Shown here piece after piece: positions 26,903 to 36,889 of a stretch of DNA of 64,000 bases. Positions within the stretch are counted from its first letter, which is position 1. Each line of letters begins with the position of its first letter. Where the stretch lies: the NCBI GenBank assembly GCA_034003725.1, contig JAVEYB010000001.1, positions 154,466 through 218,465 on the forward strand. Direction: 5' to 3'. The position numbers and the translations under genes are program-made. This stretch comes from Candidatus Zixiibacteriota bacterium (lineage in GTDB: Bacteria; Zixibacteria; MSB-5A5; GN15; FEB-12). A model generated the notes under the pieces. That model was not told the origin of the DNA, did not search any database, and saw nothing but the letters and a program-made list of their open reading frames with translations.

Positions 26903-27544
26903 CTACTGCCCCGCTCGGTACTGTTCTATTACCCGCTGATCCTGGTCAGGTACCCCGGGCTGGTTCGTATCCGGTACCTGCGGCAGACTGGTCGGCGGGA
27001 CCGGCGGCTTAGCGGAAGGATCGCCCTCACTCGCGCCGGCCGTTCCATAGACAAACACCGGACGTTTGTGCGCGAATGTGTTTTTCACCCGCCTCGATCT
27101 GACCATGTACGGAATCCACACGACCGCACCGCCCAGGGCCCGCGTCACTTTATGAAGTCCGTCGAGTCCCATCTGCGCGTCAAGCGGGATAATCGCACGC
27201 GCCCACATGAGGTCTACAACGGTGAAGAGAGCGTTAAAAGCGAGAAAGCAAATGAACAGAATGGGGAATCGCGGCGACTCCATGAAAAACAGGCCCACCA
27301 ACACAAGATCGAGCACTATCAGAAAGACGTTGCCCATGATTTCGAACAGCAGGAGGGCTCCCCATCCCGGCAGGTAGTACTCCGATCCGGGATTCGTCAG
27401 GGCCGTCCACGTTCCGTCGGTGAACAAGGGCAGAAAATCGCTGAAAAGCCGCGAGCCGATCAGAAACGGCGTCAGAAAAAGACCCAGCGCAGGTAGTATC
27501 AGCCAACCGCCAAGTCCTTTGGGTCCCGTAGTGTCATTAAGCAT
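26903..27544 (-). CDS. DUF2569-like integral membrane protein
   Basis: N-terminus GLGGWLILPALGLFLTPF and 4 TM helices are typical of DUF2569. The family is recalled from memory and not verified. Confidence 0.55.
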   Translation of the reverse strand: MLNDTTGPKGLGGWLILPALGLFLTPFLIGSRLFSDFLPLFTDGTWTALTNPGSEYYLPGWGALLLFEIMGNVFLIVLDLVLVGLFFMESPRFPILFICFLAFNALFTVVDLMWARAIIPLDAQMGLDGLHKVTRALGGAVVWIPYMVRSRRVKNTFAHKRPVFVYGTAGASEGDPSAKPPVPPTSLPQVPDTNQPGVPDQDQRVIEQYRAGQ

Positions 27545-27952
27545 GGTCGATTTCTCCTCCAGCCGCGATTTGAATCAGTCCGAAGGACGGGAAGGCACTA
27601 AGCGGGCCGTCGTTTCCCCCATCAGTCGGCATACACTGGCATTATATCGACGGGGGCGGGCGTTCTCTGAACCCAATGATTCCCGGCCGGTTGAGCGGTC
27701 ATCTTTCACCTTTTCGCTGGATGGCAGCCCTGTATGCGGCATGTACATGCCACAGTTTGTGCATACCGATGCATAATGACCTGTCGGTCAATCGCCCAAT
27801 GGGCACGGGCGTGCAATCCTGCACCGTATCAAACAGGAATACAACGAGTTAGCGCGTATTATCAATTTCTGACGATCGTTGCGCGTGGGAGCGCTACTTG
27901 CTACATACCTGCCTTTACTTTCGCAATGCACCGAGAAACCAGAAGGAGAGGT

Positions 27953-30900
27953 ATGTCCAAACGGAATTGTTCACGTTCGATCCTGCTGACCATTGCACTG
28001 CTTGGAACGCTGGTGGTTGGCATCAGTCAAACCGGATCGGCTCAGGTTCCTGAGATTACGAATCTGTCAGTTTCTTCGTCGGGCGGAACGAACAGCATCG
28101 ACGAAACCGTTTCAGCGACCTATCAACTCAGCGGCAGCGCGACAACATCGGCCACCGCGTGGTACCACAACGGTCTTCCGATCATGACCTTTCACATGCC
28201 GTTTGAAGGCGGCGCGGCGGCCGCGTACGATGACTTGTCCGGCAACGGCGTCGCGGCCATTCCCGTCGGCGCGCCGGTCTGGTCGGCTACTTCCGGTCGC
28301 GACGGCTTCGGTGCCATGACCCTCTCCAGTACCAGCTATATCCGGGCCGCCACCGGATTCCCGACTTCGTCGTCGTACACGGCGTCCGCCTGGATCAACC
28401 GGTCGACAACCAGCGGATACGCGTTTATCGTCGGAAGTGACCAGGCGACCGGCGGCCACGGACTTCGCGTGACCTTCGACGGTCGCATCTCTGCCGGGCA
28501 CAACGGCAACTGGCGGATTACCGAAAGCGACCGCCCGAGGGAAATAGCCGCGAACACGTGGTACTTTGTAGGCGTGACCTACGATTACGACTCGGGAGCA
28601 CTCACGCTGTATCTCAACGGTAAACCCGTGGACACGGCGTTCGTGGCTGTCAACGAAGCCAATGTTACGGATCCGACGATTCAGGTCGGTGCCGTGCAGG
28701 GCGGAACCAACCTCGTCGGCCGTATCGATGACGTTCGAGTATACTCGCGCGCACTCACGAAAGAACAGATGGCCGCGCTATACCAGTCGAGCGGACCGAA
28801 TACGATCGCTCCCGCGCAACTGTCAGTTGGAGACACCTGGCAGGCCCGGGTCACGCCGTTTTCGGCGACGGCCAAAGGAACGACATACGAGTCATCGCCG
28901 CTGTCCGTTCTCGCCACGTCGCCGGTTATTACATCAACTCCGGAGACGTCGGCCATTGCCGGCAAACGGTACTTCTACGATGCCGCCGCGACCGGCGGTC
29001 CCCGGCCGACCTTCAATCTGGTCAGTGGACCCGCGGGGATGACGATTGATCCCCTGACCGGACTGCTCTTCTGGGTCCCGGCGACGACCGGCTCGTTTCC
29101 GGTCACGATAGCGGCAGCCAACAGCGAAGGAACCAGCGAGCAGAGTTTCGTCGTTTCCGTCGCTGCGCCGACAGTCGGCGTGGCAAATGTGGCGCTCCAG
29201 CAGCTCGGCACCGGCGATCTGCAGGCGTCGTACGACTTGACCCTCGCGTCGACAACCGCGTCGACGGCCTGGTACAAAGAGGGCCAGCCGTTGATGACGC
29301 TGTACATGCCGTTCGAAGGCGGGCCGACCTTCGCTCTCGAGGACTACTCGGGCAATCAACATGACGCCATTGTCTCCGGCAACCCGGTGTGGGTCGCCGG
29401 TGGCGGTCATGACGGCAACGGCGCGTTCGAATTCGACGGTTCGAGTTTCCTCAATTGCGGCAGCATCTTCCCCACGTTGTCGTCGTACACCAAAACCGCC
29501 TGGTTCTACCGGACCGCCAGCCGCGAATTCACGCACATCCTCTCCGGATGGGACCACAATAACGCCAGCACCGGCGGGCACGGCCTGCGGTGCAGTTTCG
29601 ATGACCGGCTCGGTGCAGGGCAAAACGGTGACTGGCGAATCGTGCAGTCCGAAGCGGGGGCGGCGACCCTGAACACCTGGCATTTCGCCGCTGTAACATT
29701 CGATTACGTGAGCGGCATGATGACGCTCTATCTGGACGGCGTCATCGTCGACACCGCCACGGTCCCGCTGAACATGCGCGACGTAACGGACGCCGGCGTG
29801 CTGGTCGGCGCCACCCGTGGCGAATACGCGTGGAAAGGACGGATCGACGACGCCCGCGTGTACAATCACGTGCTCTCCCCCGAACAGATTGCGTCGATGT
29901 ATGCCGGCGGAGAAGATATCGTGGTCGCCGCTGAGACGCACGACGGTGAGCACTGGCAGGCAAAAGTGACCGGGTTCTCGTCCACCGAAGCCAGCGTCGC
30001 CTACGAATCGGCTACGATCACTGTCGGCGCCGCGAACCAGCCGCCGTCGCTGGCGACCATCGGCCCGCGAGCCGTCAACGAGAACGACAACCTCGCCTTC
30101 ATCGTGTCGGCGTCCGACCCCGACCTCACGATACCGTCCCTGTCGGCCGCCCCGCTCCCGGAAAACGCGACATTCGTTGATAACGGTGACGGCACCGGCG
30201 CCTTCAGCTTCACGCCGTCGTTCGATCAGTCCGGCTCGTACGATATTACCTTCGTCTGCAGCGATGGCATCGACAGCGATGACGAAGTGGTGACTATCAC
30301 GGTTGCGAACGTCAATCGCTCCCCGGTCATGGCAGCCGTTGCCGATCAGTTCGTGGCTGAAGGCGAGTTGCTGGAATTGACCATCACGGCCGATGACCCC
30401 GACGGCGATGCGCTGGCACTGTCTGCGGCCGACCTGCCGGAAAACGCGCTGTTTACGGACAACGGCAACAATACCGCGAGCTTTTCGTTTACCCCGTCGT
30501 ATTTGCAGGCCGGTTCGTACACGGTCCGGTTCCGGGCGATTGATGCTTCGTCGGCGGGCGATTCTGCCGACGTGATGATCACGGTCACCGATATCCCGGT
30601 GAATTCGCTTTGGTCCGCGGCCATGCACGTGCAGGGTGAAACCGATGGCACCGCGGTGACGAATGGATCGGTCATCATCGGCGTCAACCTCGCTGCGCAG
30701 ACAACGTCGGCCAGCCCGCTGCCACCCGTATATACGGCGAGCCTGCAGTTGCGCGGCGCGGATCTCGGCGGACCGTTCTACCGAGATATACAAGAGGTCG
30801 GCGACCAGTGCTACTTCTGGACGCTTGAACTGGATCCTCACGGCAATTCCGGTTCACCCGTGACATCGCGCTGCGCCACGTTGAGCTGGAACCCGCTCGA

Positions 30901-32248
30901 GTTCAGCCCCGATCACCACTACGTACTTCGCGAAGGCGCCGACCCGAACGGGCCGGTGGTCGTTGCCGATATGCGTACGGTCACGACATATGAGGTCTGT
31001 GACGTTCAGACCTCGCGTTTCTACACGGTCCACTGGGAGTCCGATGCCTGCGCATCGCAGGCATGGGCAACGCTGTCGCTGTCGGCCGGCTGGAACCTCG
31101 TCTCGCTGCCGGTCGTGCCGCAATCAACCGATCTGCAGCAGATCATCCCCACTGCCGAAGTGGCGTTCGAGTTCAACGGCACGTACGTCGAAACGACCGT
31201 GTTGCAGCCCTGCACTGGATACTGGATCAAAGTGCCGACCGCGATCGATGTCGTGTTGTCCGGAACGCCGGTCCCGGATTGTGACATGATACTTGGCGAC
31301 GGGTGGCATCTCGTTGGTGCGCCGAACTGCGCGAGTACACCGTCGACACTGCCGCTGGGCGCCCTGCAGGCGATGTTTGGATTTGACGCGAGCTATCAGC
31401 CGGCGACTCAAACGGCCGCCGGCAGCGGCTACTGGGTGGAGATCAGCCCCGACGCAGAACTGGAGATGAGCTGCGGAGGAGGATCGGCGCCGGCGCAGCC
31501 CGCGGCGGCGATCACCCAGGCGGCAAGCAGGCTCGTGCTGCACGCCGTACGCGCGGTCGACGGAATGGTTACACGCGCGTCAGTTGAACTCGGCGCCGAT
31601 AACATCGCGTCCTCGCTGATCGCCCCGCCCCCCGCGCCCGAGTATGCCGTCAGGTTAAACCTGTATCGCGACGACATGTCCCGGCCGTACTACCGAGACA
31701 TTCGTTCATTCGATGACCACGGTGACTCCTGGGTTGTTGCGATCAATCCGCATGGAAACGACCCGCTTCGCGGTGCGGTGACCGCGAGCCTGGCGTGGGA
31801 CGTTTCGCTCATGGGCGAAGATACCTACGAATTGCGCGAGGGAATCGGCGCCGACGGCCCGGTTGTAGTCGCCGACATGCGCGATTTGACCGGTATCGAC
31901 GTTACCGGCGACAATCGGGACGTGTTTTTCACCATAGTCAGGACTGCGTCGAGCGCCCATGGCTTGCCTGAGCAGTTCGAACTGAGCCAGAACTACCCGA
32001 ACCCGTTCAACCCGAGCACGCAGATCTCGTTCACCGTCCCGGTGGCGCAGGACGTGCGGCTCGACATATTCAATGTCCTTGGACAGCGCGTGACAACGCT
32101 CGTTGATGGCCGCGTCGAAGCGGGCGGTCATATTGTGACCTGGGACGGACGGGATCAGTCCGGCAGTTTGGTGTCAAGCGGTGTCTACTTCTACCGACTC
32201 CAAAGTTCGGAATTCGCCGAGACCCGCAAGATGATGCTATTGAAGTAA
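27953..32248 (+). CDS. Giant secreted adhesin-like protein: 2x LamG (concanavalin-like) domains, Ig/cadherin-like repeats, 2x novel repeat, T9SS C-terminal sorting domain
   Basis: AAGGAGAGG Shine-Dalgarno before ATG 27953, then a signal peptide. LamG_3-type signatures (LTLYLNGKPVDT...GRIDDVRVYSRALTKEQM, duplicated as MTLYLDGVIVDT...GRIDDARVYNHVLSPEQI). Cadherin-like repeats NxPPS..ASDPD. C-terminus QNYPNPFNPST...SGVYFYRL...KMMLLK. Confidence 0.85.
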   Translation: MSKRNCSRSILLTIALLGTLVVGISQTGSAQVPEITNLSVSSSGGTNSIDETVSATYQLSGSATTSATAWYHNGLPIMTFHMPFEGGAAAAYDDLSGNGVAAIPVGAPVWSATSGRDGFGAMTLSSTSYIRAATGFPTSSSYTASAWINRSTTSGYAFIVGSDQATGGHGLRVTFDGRISAGHNGNWRITESDRPREIAANTWYFVGVTYDYDSGALTLYLNGKPVDTAFVAVNEANVTDPTIQVGAVQGGTNLVGRIDDVRVYSRALTKEQMAALYQSSGPNTIAPAQLSVGDTWQARVTPFSATAKGTTYESSPLSVLATSPVITSTPETSAIAGKRYFYDAAATGGPRPTFNLVSGPAGMTIDPLTGLLFWVPATTGSFPVTIAAANSEGTSEQSFVVSVAAPTVGVANVALQQLGTGDLQASYDLTLASTTASTAWYKEGQPLMTLYMPFEGGPTFALEDYSGNQHDAIVSGNPVWVAGGGHDGNGAFEFDGSSFLNCGSIFPTLSSYTKTAWFYRTASREFTHILSGWDHNNASTGGHGLRCSFDDRLGAGQNGDWRIVQSEAGAATLNTWHFAAVTFDYVSGMMTLYLDGVIVDTATVPLNMRDVTDAGVLVGATRGEYAWKGRIDDARVYNHVLSPEQIASMYAGGEDIVVAAETHDGEHWQAKVTGFSSTEASVAYESATITVGAANQPPSLATIGPRAVNENDNLAFIVSASDPDLTIPSLSAAPLPENATFVDNGDGTGAFSFTPSFDQSGSYDITFVCSDGIDSDDEVVTITVANVNRSPVMAAVADQFVAEGELLELTITADDPDGDALALSAADLPENALFTDNGNNTASFSFTPSYLQAGSYTVRFRAIDASSAGDSADVMITVTDIPVNSLWSAAMHVQGETDGTAVTNGSVIIGVNLAAQTTSASPLPPVYTASLQLRGADLGGPFYRDIQEVGDQCYFWTLELDPHGNSGSPVTSRCATLSWNPLEFSPDHHYVLREGADPNGPVVVADMRTVTTYEVCDVQTSRFYTVHWESDACASQAWATLSLSAGWNLVSLPVVPQSTDLQQIIPTAEVAFEFNGTYVETTVLQPCTGYWIKVPTAIDVVLSGTPVPDCDMILGDGWHLVGAPNCASTPSTLPLGALQAMFGFDASYQPATQTAAGSGYWVEISPDAELEMSCGGGSAPAQPAAAITQAASRLVLHAVRAVDGMVTRASVELGADNIASSLIAPPPAPEYAVRLNLYRDDMSRPYYRDIRSFDDHGDSWVVAINPHGNDPLRGAVTASLAWDVSLMGEDTYELREGIGADGPVVVADMRDLTGIDVTGDNRDVFFTIVRTASSAHGLPEQFELSQNYPNPFNPSTQISFTVPVAQDVRLDIFNVLGQRVTTLVDGRVEAGGHIVTWDGRDQSGSLVSSGVYFYRLQSSEFAETRKMMLLK

Positions 32249-32272
32249 CCTCTCTTTCCATATCCCTGAGTC

Positions 32273-32311
32273 GCGGCCCGGCGCTGACAAGCAGCGTCGG
32301 GCCGCTTTTTC
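32273..32311 (+). terminator. Rho-independent terminator of the adhesin gene
   Basis: Stem of about 13 bp gcggcccggcgctg / cagcgtcgggccgc with loop acaa, followed by TTTTT. Confidence 0.65.
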
Positions 32312-32429
32312 GTCTCTCTCCGGGTGAAAAGTGGAGAATGTTGGGTGTTTATTTTTCGCCTTGCTCCGCCGATAGAGTACTAAAAGGCAATGACATAGCC
32401 GGTCTTCTCCCGGCACGAACAGGGGTACA

Positions 32430-32993
32430 ATGAACATGGATTCCACAAATAAAGGCATTCACAATTCGCCGAGCGAGTCGGCGCCGATCAAACGGCCGTG
32501 GTACAAAAACACCGTAACTCTGGGCCAGACCCTCCACGTGGCGCTTACGCTCGCGGCGTTTGGTCTCGGATGGATGGCCTCTCGGCAGAGCGAACAGGCC
32601 AGGGTTATGACCCTCCAGCTCTGGGACAATTACTACAGCTATCTGATGGTTGATGCTGATACCAGGAGTTTCTCCGCCAAGACCACGGTGGACTTCGAGG
32701 AACGCGGCCTGCAGCCGGTTGGCGAACACCTCTATCTGAGAGACGCATCGGTAACGAAGTCTTCGGACGGCTACCGGTTAGCCGGCGAGATCGTTAACAG
32801 CGCCTCTATCCCTCTCGATGGAGTGGAAATGCGCCTGTTCCTTGCTGGCGGCGTACATGATATCGCGGTGGGCAACATAGCCGCCGGCAACGGCAGGAAA
32901 TTCAAGATCGACCTGGTCGGTATCGCCCCCGATGAGTTCCGCACCGCCAAGTTGATCACCCGCTGCGCAGACATCGCGTACGCCAAGAAGTAG
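32430..32993 (+). CDS. Hypothetical membrane-anchored protein
   Basis: One N-terminal TM helix (LHVALTLAAFGLGWMA) followed by a soluble domain. No recognisable motif and only a weak Shine-Dalgarno. Confidence 0.45.
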   Translation: MNMDSTNKGIHNSPSESAPIKRPWYKNTVTLGQTLHVALTLAAFGLGWMASRQSEQARVMTLQLWDNYYSYLMVDADTRSFSAKTTVDFEERGLQPVGEHLYLRDASVTKSSDGYRLAGEIVNSASIPLDGVEMRLFLAGGVHDIAVGNIAAGNGRKFKIDLVGIAPDEFRTAKLITRCADIAYAKK

Positions 32994-33078
32994 AGACCCG
33001 CGCTGCGGCGAACGCCGGAAGAGGCATTCGGCAACAATAACCGCCCCGGCTGCCCCGCGAGAGAACGTCACCGAGGAA

Positions 33079-33270
33079 TCAGGAAGAATCTCGCCTGGTT
33101 CCTCCCCTTCCCTCAGCCGGGCTCTTGGATCGTCCCGAATCACGAAGCGCCTTGCGAAGCAGAAATTCAATTTGCCCGTTCAGACTTCGCAACTCATCGT
33201 CGGCCCATCGCTGCAGCTGCTCGAGTACTTTCGGATCGATCCGTATGAGAAAAGACTTCCGTTCCGCCAC
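33079..33270 (-). CDS. Arc/CopG-type ribbon-helix-helix protein
   Basis: 63 aa. KSFLIRIDPKVLEQLQRWADDELRSLNGQIEFLLRKAL fits a beta-strand-helix-helix RHH pattern. It starts 2 nt after the SPFH stop. Confidence 0.55.
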   Translation of the reverse strand: MAERKSFLIRIDPKVLEQLQRWADDELRSLNGQIEFLLRKALRDSGRSKSPAEGRGGTRRDSS

Positions 33271-33272
33271 GA

Positions 33273-34130
33273 TTACTGGTAGATCGTCCCGGTATTGATC
33301 ACCGGTTGCGTGGCCGACTCACCACACAATACGACCAGCAGGTTGGATACCATGGCGGCTTTTCGCTCATGGTCGAATTCTATGATCTGCTTCTTCTGCA
33401 GTTCATCGAGCGCCATCTCAACCATGCCAACCGCACCCTCAACGATCAACTGCCTCGCCGCGACGATCGCCCCCGCCTGCTGCCGACGAAGCATCGCCTC
33501 GGCGATTTCCGGCGCGTACGCCAGATGACTGATCCGCGCTTCGATTACCTCCACCCCCGCCTGGTCAAGCCGGTCCTGAATCTCGGCCTTGAGCTGCTCG
33601 GAGATGGTGAGCGTGTTGCCGCGGAGGGACGTGATCTCGTCGGAATGAGAATCATAGGGGTATTGCGTGGCGAGATTCCGTACCGCAGACTCCGACTGGA
33701 TCTTGACGAATTGCTCATAGTTGTCAACCTGGAAGCTCGCCTCGGCGGTGTCGACGACTTTCCAGACGACGATCGAGGCAATCTCGATCGGGTTGCCGTC
33801 GATATCGTTCACCTTCATGCGGCCGGTTTCGAAATTGCGAACCCGCAGCGAAATCTTCCTCTTGCTGTAGAACGGATTCGCCCACCGCAACCCCTCGTTT
33901 TTCGCGGTGCCGACGTACTTACCGAACAATTGCAGCACCCGCGCCTCGTTTGGGTTGACCATAAACAAACCCGCCAGCAGAAAGAAAAACAGGATTATAC
34001 CCACCGCCGCTGCGATTTTGACAACCGGTGGCGCGATTATCATCAACGCAACCATCGCCAGTATCCCGATCACCAGCAACACCAGCGGCGCCCAGCCCGA
34101 CATCACGGACCGTTCACGTTCTTTAATCAT
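33273..34130 (-). CDS. SPFH/Band-7 (stomatin/prohibitin-like) membrane protein
   Basis: N-terminal TM helices then an SPFH core (LQLFGKYVGTAKNEGLRWANPF...VRNFETGRMKVNDIDGNPIEIASIVVWKV...) and a C-terminal coiled coil. Confidence 0.85.
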   Translation of the reverse strand: MIKERERSVMSGWAPLVLLVIGILAMVALMIIAPPVVKIAAAVGIILFFFLLAGLFMVNPNEARVLQLFGKYVGTAKNEGLRWANPFYSKRKISLRVRNFETGRMKVNDIDGNPIEIASIVVWKVVDTAEASFQVDNYEQFVKIQSESAVRNLATQYPYDSHSDEITSLRGNTLTISEQLKAEIQDRLDQAGVEVIEARISHLAYAPEIAEAMLRRQQAGAIVAARQLIVEGAVGMVEMALDELQKKQIIEFDHERKAAMVSNLLVVLCGESATQPVINTGTIYQ

Positions 34131-34560
34131 ACAAGCCTCCGTATAAGTGATATCATATTGATATTACGATGATACCACAGCAAAGATTCAATGCCAACCC
34201 TTTTTTTTAAAGTTCCTTTTACCCCGGTTACCAGGACCAGTCCCGTGGCTATCGACGCGAGAACCTGCTCCGGGCTTCCGGCAATGGACTGCTCTGTATT
34301 CGGCAGAGGTGTTTCGGAATTGAATGGATCGGCGTGGAACGATTGTGTCGACCGGCGACCGACGTCGAAATAACAAACTCTGAACAGCGATGCGCAACAG
34401 TCGAACAACTGTACGCAGTCCCGCCTATTTATGGATTTCGATTACTATCTTCAGAAACATCTTCTCCGGCCCGTCGTATACTCCTCTGTACCGGGCACAA
34501 TACTCAACAACATCGAAGATCACCTGACCCGAACACGAGACATTAACCTCGGAGGTTGCC

Positions 34561-35430
34561 ATGTCACGTCCGTCTATACATACGCTCGGAATCGTCCTCG
34601 TCGCCGCGCTGGTCCTGCTTGCGGCTGGCGCTGCCCAGGCCGGGCGCATTCCCTCGGCGGCGGCGCTGTTGAACCCGGATGGTTCGGTTTCCGCACCTGC
34701 ACTGATCGGCTCCGCGTACACCGGCCCCGTAGCGATCGACGAGTACGCGATTACTCTCGATCCGGCCCTCGGTCCTGTCTTTCATCGCGCGCACTCGAGC
34801 GTGCCCATGCAGGCGGTGACCGGCTCACCGCGCGTACTGGCGGCAGCGCTGTTCGACAACATGCTCGTGCTTGCCGGTTCGTTTGATCCGGTTGCCGGCA
34901 CCCGCTCCTGCAATATCGTCGCCTGGGACGGCACTCAGTGGGTGTCTCTCGGGCGGTTCGGCACCAACGGAACCGTTTTTGAGCTGTCCGTATTCCACGA
35001 TCGGTTGATTGTCGCAGGCGACTTTTCGTCGGCCGGGAACGACAGGATCTTCCACATCGCGTCCTGGGACGGTGAGTACTTTTCGCCCATGTCCCGCGGT
35101 CTCGAGGCTCCGGTGTTTGCGCTCGCTGTCCACCAGAACCTTCTGATCGCCGCCGGTCTCAACGGGCTGGGCTCCACGTACGGGATGGGATGTTCAGGCG
35201 TGATCGCCTGGGATGGTCATCGCTGGTCATGTCACGGTTACATGATTCAGGGTATCGTCAGGGAAGTCGAGAGTACCGGCGACCGCCTCGCGGCGACCGG
35301 TCAGTTTTTCGGTCTGCCGATCGGACGTCCGGATACAACCCTGTACTTCGACGGTAACCGCTGGGGCGCAACTTCGAACGCCAATGCCGGCATAGCGTCG
35401 CTCGGCGCGGCGGCCGACGCCGCAAAGTGA
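34561..35430 (+). CDS. Secreted beta-propeller-like repeat protein
   Basis: GGAGG Shine-Dalgarno and a signal peptide. Repeated blades of about 50 aa with [IV]AxWDGxxW...L[IV]xAGxF (VAWDGTQW, IASWDGEYF, VIAWDGHRW, YFDGNRW). Confidence 0.6.
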   Translation: MSRPSIHTLGIVLVAALVLLAAGAAQAGRIPSAAALLNPDGSVSAPALIGSAYTGPVAIDEYAITLDPALGPVFHRAHSSVPMQAVTGSPRVLAAALFDNMLVLAGSFDPVAGTRSCNIVAWDGTQWVSLGRFGTNGTVFELSVFHDRLIVAGDFSSAGNDRIFHIASWDGEYFSPMSRGLEAPVFALAVHQNLLIAAGLNGLGSTYGMGCSGVIAWDGHRWSCHGYMIQGIVREVESTGDRLAATGQFFGLPIGRPDTTLYFDGNRWGATSNANAGIASLGAAADAAK

Positions 35431-35566
35431 AAAGCTCTGAGGGGTCACTCCGGACGACCCTTGGTGATCTGTCGAATTGCCCCCGGCGTCACCCTGAGCA
35501 TGTCGAAGGATGACACGAGCGGACTTTGATCCTGCACGGTGGTGTCAGGCCGACGGCCTGACACCA

Positions 35567-36103
35567 CTATCGCTTCTCTTTCACCGTCTCCCAGATGCGC
35601 TCGAGTTGCCGGTAGTGCAGCAGGTCGTGACCGGCCCAGCGCACCATTAACTGCGCGACCGTCTCATTCCCGCGTTTGCTGTGTACGCCATAACGCTGTT
35701 TTTGATCCGTGGTGAGGGAGCGAAGAAACGCGACATTGATCGCCCGTGTCGCATCAAGCGCCGACAACAGCTCAGTCAGGGATACCCCGCGATACCAGTG
35801 CTGGTCCACCCACGCATCTTGGTCCATGTTCAGAAACTGCGGGGCGTCTGATGTCACGATCATCCGGGTCCGATACCCGTAGATCAGCTCGACATCGTAC
35901 ATATGATCGACCACATCGCGCATCGACCACTTCCCCTCTCGCTCCGGCGTCATCAGCCTGGCCGGCGCGACGCCGCTGAAGAACGAGCTGAGTGTCTCGT
36001 AGACGCGGTCCAGTATCTCGAGCGGATCGCGGTCGCCCACCAGGGCGTCAACGGCGCTCATATAGGCCTGTGCATCGCTGCCGGAATACGGGCTTTCGGT
36101 CAT
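35567..36103 (-). CDS. DinB-superfamily protein
   Basis: Four-helix-bundle pattern with conserved His positions (VVDHMYDVE..., WAGHDLLHYRQL) typical of DinB_2. Confidence 0.65.
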   Translation of the reverse strand: MTESPYSGSDAQAYMSAVDALVGDRDPLEILDRVYETLSSFFSGVAPARLMTPEREGKWSMRDVVDHMYDVELIYGYRTRMIVTSDAPQFLNMDQDAWVDQHWYRGVSLTELLSALDATRAINVAFLRSLTTDQKQRYGVHSKRGNETVAQLMVRWAGHDLLHYRQLERIWETVKEKR

Positions 36104-36193
36104 GTGTCGCTCCTTCGAATGATTCCTGTTGATCGATGTTTGAGTATGCTGCTGTCCGGTGCACTCGCGCGTGTTCTCGTCGGCGTACCCACG

Positions 36194-36631
36194 TCAATAC
36201 CTCACCACTCTTGTAGCGGCGACCCGGTCGCCGAATCGCGCGCCCTCGGATGATCGCAGGATGAGCACAACTCCCAGAATATTCAGCGCCGGCAGCCCGT
36301 CCACCAGCCGAAGCAGATTGCGGACGACCGCCTGCCGGAAATCAATCGGTGATCCGTCGGCCCCCACCACCCGAATATGCACCGCACGTTTCCCTACGGT
36401 AGCTCCAAACAAGCCCTCGGCGACAATGAAGTACAAAAAGATCGCACCCAGGAAGATAATGCAGAGAGGATCGGTGACGAGCCGGCCCCATCCCCAGAGA
36501 TGATCGGAACGCTCCATGAGCCAGACGCCTTTCACGACCCGCGTGACCGGAAAAAAGACGGCGCTCAGCACGGCGAAATCGATCACCAGGGCCGCACAGC
36601 GCGACCCGAGTCCAGCGAAAGGCCGTAACAA
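36194..36631 (-). CDS. RDD-family membrane protein
   Basis: G-x-RxxAxxIDxxV start, TM helices, G-x-T-x-GKR and R-x-x-D-x-x-A-x-T-x-VV motifs (ATVGKRAVHIRVV, RFGDRVAATRVV). Confidence 0.75.
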   Translation of the reverse strand: MLRPFAGLGSRCAALVIDFAVLSAVFFPVTRVVKGVWLMERSDHLWGWGRLVTDPLCIIFLGAIFLYFIVAEGLFGATVGKRAVHIRVVGADGSPIDFRQAVVRNLLRLVDGLPALNILGVVLILRSSEGARFGDRVAATRVVRY

Positions 36632-36889
36632 GCTCTCTTGTACCTCCCTGTTTTACCGTCCGGTCCGGTAAGGTGTAAATGGACTGCGGGCGAAGGTACA
36701 TTCATACGACGGTTCCCGGCCGGACGCCACCGAATTTTCCCCGCCGGCTGCCGCGCCCCATTATAATCATTGACAAGTACGCCCTATAATGTATTTATTA
36801 GTCCGGCCGGGGCGTTCACTGCAGGGCGCGTCTTCGGGATCCGGTCGTTGACATCTCATTCACGTACAAACTCAAATCGGAGCGCTCGT

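Noticed and set aside
27734-27952. N-terminal extensions of several track ORFs (27734 for the adhesin, 36770, 19984-21708, 13729-15024, 6649-8874, 39826-40638, 21878-23074).
   Set aside because: In each case an internal ATG is preceded by a good Shine-Dalgarno and immediately followed by a signal peptide or the conserved family N-terminus. The upstream extension is Arg-rich or overlaps the preceding gene.
34149-34163. Inverted repeat ATATCA-tat-TGATAT just upstream of the SPFH gene start.
   Set aside because: It is short and AT-rich, sits in an AT-rich promoter region, and could arise by chance or simply be part of the -10 region. No supporting context.
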